Assembly (NCBI GenBank): GCA_947484275.1
Contig: CANKOY010000017.1
Location: 1 to 64,000, forward strand
Source of the DNA: Planctomycetota bacterium
Lineage (GTDB): Bacteria; Planctomycetota; UBA1135; GCA-002686595
Direction: 5' to 3'
Length of the DNA stretch: 64,000 nt
Under the pieces are notes generated by a model that saw only the letters and a program-made list of their open reading frames with translations, did no database searches and was not told the origin of the DNA. Below are positions 57,114 through 64,000 of this stretch, in pieces; position 1 is the stretch's first letter; the number at the start of each line of letters is the position of its first letter. The position numbers and the translations under genes are program-made.

Positions 57114-58421
57114 TCACCAGGGATTCCCCAGTCCGTCGCAGACTTGAACCAGGCGCGCCCGAAGCGCTTCGTCGGGCTCCACGTTGCAGCGGGCCATCGA
57201 GCAGCAGATCGCCGCCAGGTCCTCGGCCCGCGGACGTGAGTTTGGATTCGTGAGCGACTCCTCGAGCGCCGTGCGGTAGTGCCTCAGCGCTTCGCTCTCG
57301 TGGCCAGCCAGGTGGAATGCCTCGGCCAAGGCCAAGACCACATCGCATCGATCTATGTCATTGATCTCACCGCGCCGAGTGGCGTAGGCGGCAACCTCGC
57401 GATCCAACAATTCCCGCGCGCGCACCGGGTCCCCAGCAGCGTGGCGCAGGCCAGCGAGTTTCGCGCCCATGGCGATGCCATCTTGCGCCGTCCAGGCGCC
57501 CTGATCGGCCAGACCCTCGGCCTCCGCCACAAGCTCGAGCGTCTTCACGAAGTCCTGTCGATCCGCGGCACGGCGAGCCATGTCCGCAAGGCCTTCGATC
57601 CGCACGAACAGTGGCACGCGCGTCCAACCCGCGCGCATCGTGACGCCGAGCTTCGCCGCGCGCTCGGGATCGTCGCGCAATCGATCGAACAACTCGGCGC
57701 AGATCGCCAGGGCGCTACGGGCCTGATCGAAACTGCCGTTGGCGAAGAGCTGCTCCACCAGGAGGATGTGAGAGTCCAATTCAGCTCCACTGGCAGCGCC
57801 GGCGCGCGCGGCAAGCAGTACGCCGACCTCCGCCTCGCCCAGTCCCTGCCCGTGGCGCGCCGCCTGCTCCGGCTCGCCGAGCAAAGTGTAGGCACCAGCG
57901 ATGCGCGCCAGAATGCGCTCCTTTTGCCAGGTCTGGGAGCCCGTGTCCTCCTCGGTCACGGCTCCCAGGGGAACGAGCAGATCGACGACCAGACCCAGAT
58001 AGTGCCGCGCCTTTTCGCGCTCGCCGCGCTGTGCTAGCCGGTATGCGTAGTTCGCAGTTGCCAGTCCGCGGCGCCACCCTTCCATCTTTTCGATGCAGCG
58101 CACGGCCAGCAGGTCTTCGTTCAAGGCGATGCACGTCGAGACCACACTCTCCTGGATCCGAGCGCGATTCCTTGCGTGGGGAACCGTCGGGAAGGCACTG
58201 GCCGCCGTGAAGGCGACGTCAAGAAGGAAGGCATGGGACACCGACCGGGGCCGGGCCTGAGTCGAAGGCGTGGATCGGGCCAGCGCCGATTCTGGTTTTG
58301 CAGCAGATGCATCGGAGTCGCAGGCGCAAGCGAGCGCGATCGATGCCACAAGTGCGAGGCATCGAAGCGCTGCGGCGTGGTGGCTCAGCGAAGATGCGGT
58401 GGAAGTGTGCTGGATCATCAT
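57114..58421 (-). CDS. Hypothetical alpha-helical (TPR-like) lipoprotein.
   Basis: Possible lipobox (LACACDS). Helical repeat-like content. No recognisable domain. Confidence 0.35.
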   Translation of the reverse strand: MMIQHTSTASSLSHHAAALRCLALVASIALACACDSDASAAKPESALARSTPSTQARPRSVSHAFLLDVAFTAASAFPTVPHARNRARIQESVVSTCIALNEDLLAVRCIEKMEGWRRGLATANYAYRLAQRGEREKARHYLGLVVDLLVPLGAVTEEDTGSQTWQKERILARIAGAYTLLGEPEQAARHGQGLGEAEVGVLLAARAGAASGAELDSHILLVEQLFANGSFDQARSALAICAELFDRLRDDPERAAKLGVTMRAGWTRVPLFVRIEGLADMARRAADRQDFVKTLELVAEAEGLADQGAWTAQDGIAMGAKLAGLRHAAGDPVRARELLDREVAAYATRRGEINDIDRCDVVLALAEAFHLAGHESEALRHYRTALEESLTNPNSRPRAEDLAAICCSMARCNVEPDEALRARLVQVCDGLGNPW

Positions 58422-58859
58422 GGTGTGCAGCGCTCGGCGCCCGCGAAGGTCCTTGCCCTACAGGTCTAGACCAGGGACCGCAGCCAGCAGCACATTTGCC
58501 ATGTGTGCTCCGCGGACGTGATGGCCCGGGTTCACGACGAAGTTCGGTGGGGCGTCGACTCGATGTGCGAGAAAAATGGCCCCGCGGCGTGTAGGCAGGA
58601 GGAACACCCGGTCAAGGCTTGATCAAGGCATGCGCAGTCTCAGCCGCGCGCGAACACGGACGACCTGCAGGCCCTCGGGGTGCACCTCGATTCAGTGCGC
58701 CGATGGGGACGCCCCAGCCGTGAACGATGGCGTCGCAATCTAATTCGTCGTCAGCACCCGCCGACAGCCAGCCCGAGCGCGGCAGGCAGCGGCGCACGCC
58801 GAAACTTCAGAATCGCATCCGGGCTGCGCTGCGACCCGCGTTCCGGGTCCACGAAACCC

Positions 58860-58868
58860 TGCTAGGAT
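58860..58868 (+). promoter_or_regulatory. Extended -10-like element TGcTAGGAT, 8 nt upstream of the start codon (leaderless-type spacing).
   Basis: ccctgcTAGGATcgcgcccATG. Identical to the motif upstream of the UDG gene. Confidence 0.3.
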
Positions 58869-58875
58869 CGCGCCC

Positions 58876-59733
58876 ATGATGCCTTCTCATTTGCGTGCCC
58901 ACGCGCTACTCGCGCTAACCCTGGTGGCTGCCCTTTCCTCAGGCTGCACAGGACCGAGCATCGACCTCAAGCCGTGGCGGACCGAGCAACTCGCCGCAAT
59001 TCCCGCGCCAATTACGGCCGCGATTCCAATGGAAGCGCGCGCCCCGGGTGCGCTCGCGGCGAGGTTGTCGCACATCGAGCAGCTGCGCACGCAGCGGCAA
59101 GTGGAGCAGGCTAGACAGCTTGCACTGACCTTGGTTTCCGAGCACTCCAACGATCCTGCGGTGTTCACGGCCGCCTCGCGCGCGGAATCGGACGCCGTGT
59201 TCATGTTCCCCGAGAGCGACAAGCTCTCGCGCAATCACGCTGCGGCCAGTTCTCTCGACTACGCGCTCGCGGCGCAACGCCTCGGCGCGAGCACGGCCCG
59301 TGATCGCGCGCAACTGGCGTGGGCCCTGGGCACGACCACCCATCTGCAGCCAATGTTCGATCGCGCGGGGCACGCACAGCGCACGCTGGAGGCTGCCGAG
59401 GCGGCCCTGGCGCAGGATCCGCGCGAGGCAACGGCGCTCGCAACCCTGGCCGTGGTGAACCTGCGACTGCAGACGCTGCCGTGGATCGCGAAACTGATGG
59501 CCTGGAGCGCGCCCGACTCCAGTCTGGCCGATGCCGAACGCTTCGCGCGCAGCGCACAGGAAGCCGCGCCCAGTCGCGAGCATCGACAGATCCTGGCCAA
59601 GGTGCTGATCGCCCAGGACAGGCACGAAGAAGCGCGGGCGGAACTCGATGCCGCGCTCGCCGCGCCGGAGTCAAGTCCGCGCGACGCGCTGCTGGAACCC
59701 GCATTGCGCGCGCTGCGACAGTCGCTGGACTGA
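58876..59733 (+). CDS. Hypothetical lipoprotein (alpha-helical/TPR-like).
   Basis: Lipoprotein signal MMPSHLRAHALLALTLVAALSSGC. Ala-rich helical content. Confidence 0.45.
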   Translation: MMPSHLRAHALLALTLVAALSSGCTGPSIDLKPWRTEQLAAIPAPITAAIPMEARAPGALAARLSHIEQLRTQRQVEQARQLALTLVSEHSNDPAVFTAASRAESDAVFMFPESDKLSRNHAAASSLDYALAAQRLGASTARDRAQLAWALGTTTHLQPMFDRAGHAQRTLEAAEAALAQDPREATALATLAVVNLRLQTLPWIAKLMAWSAPDSSLADAERFARSAQEAAPSREHRQILAKVLIAQDRHEEARAELDAALAAPESSPRDALLEPALRALRQSLD

Positions 59734-59858
59734 GCGGGCGCTCAGTGCGTCGACACTGATCTGGCACGCTATCGCACGCACCTTCATTCGCCGCACCCCG
59801 CCGCGATTTTTCTCCGCACGCGTCGTTCGCTTCGCATCGCGGCCAAAGGCAACTGCCC

Positions 59859-61589
59859 TCAGCCGACTTCGCGCGCGCGCGAGGTGTGCAGCGACTCCAG
59901 CTCACCGCGCAAATAGCATTCGCGAAAGTGCCGATGGCGGCGCTTGCCGCTGGAGGTCTTCGCAAGCACTCCCTTGCGCACGAGCAACAGCACCTCGACG
60001 ACCACGCCGACTTCCACAGCCAGCTTGCGCCTGATTTCCTTGTCGAGTTCGGGCAGGCGAGTTTCGGCTTCCGGCTCTACCTCACTGACCACGACCAACA
60101 CTTCTGTGCCACGTTCAGTGTCTTCCACACCGAATGCCGTGAAGCAGCCTTTGCGCAGTCCGGGCAATTCGAACAGCGCGTGCTCGAGTTCGCTCGGCCC
60201 GAGCTTCTTGCCTTGGAGATTGATGCGCTCGCTCCGGCGTCCGGTCCAGAAAAACTCACCGTCGCGCAGGTAGCCCTCGTCGCCGGGAAACACCAAGTCG
60301 CCGCGGCGCGTGCGCGCGGTCTCTTCGGGATCGCCGAGGTAGCGTTCGAAGTGCGCCTCGCCGCGCAGTCCAAGTTCACCGACCACTCCATCGGGCAGGC
60401 GTTCGCCCTCGGCGTCGAAAATGCCTAGTTCCAGACCCGGATGTGGGCGCCCGCAGCTGACGAACCACTGGCTCGTGCGCGTCGACCTGTTTGCGACGCG
60501 CGCGATGCCATCCTGCCGCAGCACGTCAAGGTCCACTTGCTCGGCCAGCAGCGGAGCAGTGGGAGCGGTGAAGGTCGCGCCGCCGATGAGCTCCACACAA
60601 CCGAAGTCCGCCTTGCAGGCGTTCCAACGCGCGCCGTGGCGCTCGAAGCGCGCGTGAAAGCGTCTGAAGGTCTCAAAGTGCACGCGCTCAGCTGCGTTCC
60701 AGAAACCGCGCACACGGGAGAGATCCAGGCCCTCGAGTTCCTCGTCGGAGCAGCGCTGCGTGGCGAGGGCGTAGCCGAAATTCGGCGACCACGTTTGGGT
60801 CGCGCCCGCTTCGTCGAGCGCCCGCAGCCAGCGCGCCGGTTGGCGCACGACATCCAAGGGTGAAAGCAGCGCGAGCGGAATCCCGAGCACGAGGCAGGTC
60901 AGCAAGTTGTTGACCAGCCCCATGTCGTGATAGAGCGGCGTCCAATTCACGTAGACATCGTCGGCGGCGAGTCCCATGGCGCTCGCCATGCCGTCGATGG
61001 CAGCGAGTACGCGCCCATGCTCCCAGACCGCAATGCGCGGAAAGCGCGTGGTGCCCGAGGTCTGCTGTAGTGCGGCGATCGAACCCGCGCGCTCTGCTCG
61101 CGCCGGATCCACAGCCGCTGCATTCCAGGGTCCGCTCTCTTCGAGCAACCTCTCGAATCCAGGTTCGATGTGCGCGGCCGGATGTAGCGCGCCGAATGTC
61201 GCGGCCTCGGCCGCCATTGCGCGCGGCAGGATCACGATGCGTGCTTTTGCGCGGCGCACGACGTCGTGCAGGATCTGCGTCAGATTCGAGTTCATGCCCT
61301 GAATCGAAGGCGGTGCCGCCAGCAGCGGTACCGCGCCCGCCAGCAAAACCCCGTGGAGCGCGGTCGCGCACTCCTTGGGATCGACCGACACGATGACCAC
61401 GACCTGCCCCGGAGCGAGGCCGCGATCCACAAGTTGCGCGGCGACCCGAGCAGCTCGCAGGTGCAGGTCGCCGCGAGTCCACCACACAAGTCGTCCGCCT
61501 GCGCCGGGGAACGCCAGCGCCCGATGTTCCGGTTGGGCTTCGAGTCGCGCGCGGATGCGACGCTGCAGGGAATCGGCTGCGAGGGTCAC
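59859..61589 (-). CDS. Fatty-acyl-AMP ligase (FAAL)/acyl-CoA synthetase-like adenylating enzyme.
   Basis: QQTSGTTRFPRIAV is the A3 motif with the Lys replaced by Arg. TPLYHDMGLV is a FAAL-type A5-like motif. 576 aa. The start overlaps the ACP gene stop (ATGA). Confidence 0.85.
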   Translation of the reverse strand: MTLAADSLQRRIRARLEAQPEHRALAFPGAGGRLVWWTRGDLHLRAARVAAQLVDRGLAPGQVVVIVSVDPKECATALHGVLLAGAVPLLAAPPSIQGMNSNLTQILHDVVRRAKARIVILPRAMAAEAATFGALHPAAHIEPGFERLLEESGPWNAAAVDPARAERAGSIAALQQTSGTTRFPRIAVWEHGRVLAAIDGMASAMGLAADDVYVNWTPLYHDMGLVNNLLTCLVLGIPLALLSPLDVVRQPARWLRALDEAGATQTWSPNFGYALATQRCSDEELEGLDLSRVRGFWNAAERVHFETFRRFHARFERHGARWNACKADFGCVELIGGATFTAPTAPLLAEQVDLDVLRQDGIARVANRSTRTSQWFVSCGRPHPGLELGIFDAEGERLPDGVVGELGLRGEAHFERYLGDPEETARTRRGDLVFPGDEGYLRDGEFFWTGRRSERINLQGKKLGPSELEHALFELPGLRKGCFTAFGVEDTERGTEVLVVVSEVEPEAETRLPELDKEIRRKLAVEVGVVVEVLLLVRKGVLAKTSSGKRRHRHFRECYLRGELESLHTSRAREVG

Positions 61590-61843
61590 TTTGCTTGCTT
61601 GCCTTGAATTGTGCGCGAGATGTGCTCGATCGAGTCCAAGTAGTCCGCGCTCATTTCGAAGGCCTCGAAACTGATACCGAACTCGCGCTCCAGATCGGAG
61701 ATCATGGTCAACATGCGGATGGAATCCAGAACGCCGCCAGTCAGCAGTGGAGTCGAGTTCTCCAGAGCCGCGTGTGCAGTCCCCTTCAGCACGCCTCTCA
61801 GCAGCACCTGCCGCACCGTGAGCGCGATCTGGGAGAGATCCAT
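61586..61843 (-). CDS. Acyl carrier protein (phosphopantetheine-binding).
   Basis: 85 aa four-helix carrier protein with a GGVLDSIRML Ser attachment motif (DSx). Translationally coupled to the downstream ligase. Confidence 0.75.
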   Translation of the reverse strand: MDLSQIALTVRQVLLRGVLKGTAHAALENSTPLLTGGVLDSIRMLTMISDLEREFGISFEAFEMSADYLDSIEHISRTIQGKQAK

Positions 61844-62166
61844 GCTTTGAATCGCCGTGCGGGAGTGAGGTCAGAGTGTCGAGTGCAGACTGCGCTGCGC
61901 CAACGATATCAGAAACGGAATCGGATTCGCGCTGATGCGATAGGGCGCGCTGACAGGAGCAGCGGGGAGTAGCTGATGCCGGCGAGTTCGCGAGGCCGCT
62001 GGCTCGCGCACGCGCGGGCGGCCCATGGAGTCAGCTCGCCGACTGCAGGCCAGGCACGGCGCGCAGCCACTGGCGCGTGAGATGCCGGACGTAACTTGGC
62101 TATTCACGCCGCCTGTGTGAATTGCGCACTGTCCGCAGCGCCGACACCCCGGCGGAAGCCCTGCAA

Positions 62167-64000
62167 ATGACGGCTGATATACTTGCGACCATGAGCTGGC
62201 AGTTGCTTTCCGCGGATCTATCGCCCGCGGCTCTGGAGCATGCTCAACCACGGCGAGCACACTTGGGTGCATTCGTCCGGAATGGGGCTCAACTTGGGCT
62301 CTTGCTGGTCGCAATCGCCGGGCTCGAGATCGAGTCTGGGTTCGACCTGCCTACCATCTTGCCGGTGATTGGCCTGGGCTACTGCGCCCACGCGTGGCTG
62401 CCGGCTGCATGGAAGTTGCCGTTTTTCCTGCTGCTTTCGTGCCTCGGCTTTTCCCTGGTCCTCGGAGTGCAGGCCTGCGCCACGGTCTTCGCGCTTGGAC
62501 TCGCGCTGATCGGTGTCTGCCATCTGCCCCTGCGACTGGGCTGGCGCATTGCACTGCTGCTTGGAATTGGAATCGGGCTGACGCTGCTGCGCGGCGGCGC
62601 ACTTGCGCTCCCGTGGAGTCCGGCGGTACTGCCGATGCTCGGTTCGATGTTCCTGTTTCGGCTCGCGATCTACCTCTACGACGAGCACACGGGTCGCCGG
62701 CCTGCGTCGATTTGGATGCGGCTTTCCTACTTCTGCCTGCTGCCCAACGTGTGCTTCCTGCTGTTCCCGGTGATCGACTATCGGACCTATCAGCGCACGT
62801 ACTACGAGCAACCGGCCGCCGCGATCCATGCGCGGGGCCTGCGCTGGATCTTGCGCGGCGTTCTACACCTGCTCGCCTACCGAATCGTCGTCAATTACTG
62901 GAGCCTTGATTCATCCGGTGTGGTGGATCTCGCGGGGGTGATGCGCTTTGTCAGTTCGAGTTTCCTGCTCTACCTGCGCATCTCCGGCCACTTCCACTTG
63001 ATCATCGGATTCCTGCACTTGTTTGGATTCCACCTGCCGGAGACGAATCACCTCTACTGGCTGGCGACGAGTTTCAGCGACTGCTGGCGGCGCACGAACA
63101 TCTACTGGACCAACTTCATGAAGAAGCTGGTCTACTTCCCGGTGTTCATGCGCCTGCGCAAACAGGGGAACACGTTTGCCCTGGTCATCGCGACGTTGCT
63201 CGTATTCGTCGCAACCTGGCTGTTGCACGCACTGCAGTGGTTCTGGCTGCAAGGTGAGCTGCCCGTGACCACGGATGGACTCTTCTGGGGCCTAGCGGGC
63301 GGCTTCGCCCTGGCAAGCGTCCTGCGCGAGGCGCGCCGGGGCGATTCCTCCGCCCTGCAGCCCCCTGTCAACAGCTGGCGGCTGAGCGCGCGAGCTGTGC
63401 TGAAGGCGGCTATGGTGTTCATTCCCTGCGCAGTGACCTGGTCCTTCTGGTCCAGTCCATCAACCTCGGATTGGCTCGATGTACTTTCGATGTCGCGCAA
63501 CACGACGCCGATCCAAGTTGCCTCGATTGGCGGTGCAGTGGCAGCGATCTTCCTTCTCACAACGGTCGCCTCGCGTTTTCTGCTCGAGCCGAGTGCTGCG
63601 GTTGACGCCGTGCCCGGGCCAAGGGGCGCAGCATTGCAGTGGGTCGCCTGCGGATCCCTGGCGCTGCTCGGCCTGGATTCACTCTCGGCGCGAGTTGCGC
63701 CGTCCGTGCAGAGTTTTCTTGCGCCCCTGATCGCTGAACGCACGCGGACCGATCCCGACGGGAACGGGCTCTCCTACTACGACAACCTGCTGGACGATCA
63801 GCGTCATCGGCAGTGGGAGTGGGGTGAGCAAAATGAAGAAACGCGCGAGACACGGCCCTTTGTGAAGGCCGGGCTGGTGAAGGTCGGGCCGCCGCCATTC
63901 GTTCGGGAGTTTCTGCCACTCCAACGGGCTCGGTATGCCAACTCTGTCCTGGAGACGAACAGCTTTGGTATGCGAGACCGGGAATACGCGCTCGAGAAGC
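62167..64000 (+). CDS. MBOAT-family membrane-bound O-acyltransferase (DltB/AlgI-like). It is 3'-truncated by the window end, and the ORF continues beyond the TM region into a soluble domain.
   Basis: Multi-TM protein. DCWRRTNIYWTNFMKKLVYFPV matches the MBOAT WRRW(H)ISL...YVYIP region. The conserved His region is HFHLIIGFLHLFGFHLPETNH. There is no stop before position 64000. Confidence 0.8.
   Translation, partial: MTADILATMSWQLLSADLSPAALEHAQPRRAHLGAFVRNGAQLGLLLVAIAGLEIESGFDLPTILPVIGLGYCAHAWLPAAWKLPFFLLLSCLGFSLVLGVQACATVFALGLALIGVCHLPLRLGWRIALLLGIGIGLTLLRGGALALPWSPAVLPMLGSMFLFRLAIYLYDEHTGRRPASIWMRLSYFCLLPNVCFLLFPVIDYRTYQRTYYEQPAAAIHARGLRWILRGVLHLLAYRIVVNYWSLDSSGVVDLAGVMRFVSSSFLLYLRISGHFHLIIGFLHLFGFHLPETNHLYWLATSFSDCWRRTNIYWTNFMKKLVYFPVFMRLRKQGNTFALVIATLLVFVATWLLHALQWFWLQGELPVTTDGLFWGLAGGFALASVLREARRGDSSALQPPVNSWRLSARAVLKAAMVFIPCAVTWSFWSSPSTSDWLDVLSMSRNTTPIQVASIGGAVAAIFLLTTVASRFLLEPSAAVDAVPGPRGAALQWVACGSLALLGLDSLSARVAPSVQSFLAPLIAERTRTDPDGNGLSYYDNLLDDQRHRQWEWGEQNEETRETRPFVKAGLVKVGPPPFVREFLPLQRARYANSVLETNSFGMRDREYALEK

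Noticed and set aside
61844-62166. Short inverted repeat ATTCAC-N9-GTGAAT in the divergent promoter region of the acylation locus
   Set aside because: A 6 bp IR is within chance expectation for a 320 bp region. I note it only as a possible operator, without support.
1-64000. CRISPR arrays, rRNA, IS elements/transposases, integrases, prophage genes
   Set aside because: I found no direct-repeat/spacer periodicity, no rRNA-like conserved blocks, and no transposase/integrase/phage protein families in any frame. The only repeats found are the two copies of the approximately 175 bp palindromic element.

Overview
This is a very GC-rich (about 68%) chromosomal segment of a Gram-negative bacterium, densely coding on both strands. 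The gene content (TamA/TamB, a TonB-ExbB-ExbD uptake cluster, a TonB-dependent receptor, a GldA/GldF/GldG-like ABC system, flotillin/NfeD) suggests a Myxococcota/Gemmatimonadota-like organism, but that is inference only. I called about 50 genes by recognising protein families in the supplied translations. The main ones are: a flotillin/NfeD pair; FabI; a tamB-tamA operon; an M64 peptidase; a family-4/5 uracil-DNA glycosylase; a MacAB-like efflux operon with the permease split in two; a GldA/F/G plus DUF4340 ABC operon; a CPA2 antiporter; 6-phosphogluconolactonase; an orphan DNA methyltransferase; an M3 oligopeptidase; myo-inositol-1-phosphate synthase; and a Vibrio TonB2-style DUF3450/ExbB/ExbD/TonB/TPR cluster with its TonB-dependent receptor. 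There are no rRNA, tRNA or CRISPR features that I can support. The observations most worth a second look are these. (1) A Dlt-like acylation locus: an acyl carrier protein translationally coupled to a fatty-acyl-AMP ligase, divergent from an MBOAT O-acyltransferase that runs off the window end. (2) A roughly 150 aa Cys-rich C-terminal domain of unknown type shared by two otherwise unrelated secreted proteins (an LVIVD beta-propeller and a parallel beta-helix protein). (3) A roughly 175 bp palindromic MITE/REP-like element present twice, one copy fused onto the 3' end of a coding sequence. (4) A perfect 25 bp inverted repeat filling the 70 bp gap between the divergent M64 peptidase and epimerase genes. 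(5) A GAF-domain sigma-54 activator-like regulator whose AAA+ motifs are degenerate, coupled in an operon to a sigma-70 region-4-like protein and a hypothetical protein. (6) A recurring TGcTAGGAT/TAGACT extended -10-like motif 6-11 nt upstream of start codons, suggesting leaderless transcripts. Because of the GC content the ORF track is full of long spurious antisense ORFs, which I rejected. All functional calls come from reading the translations and have not been checked against any database.
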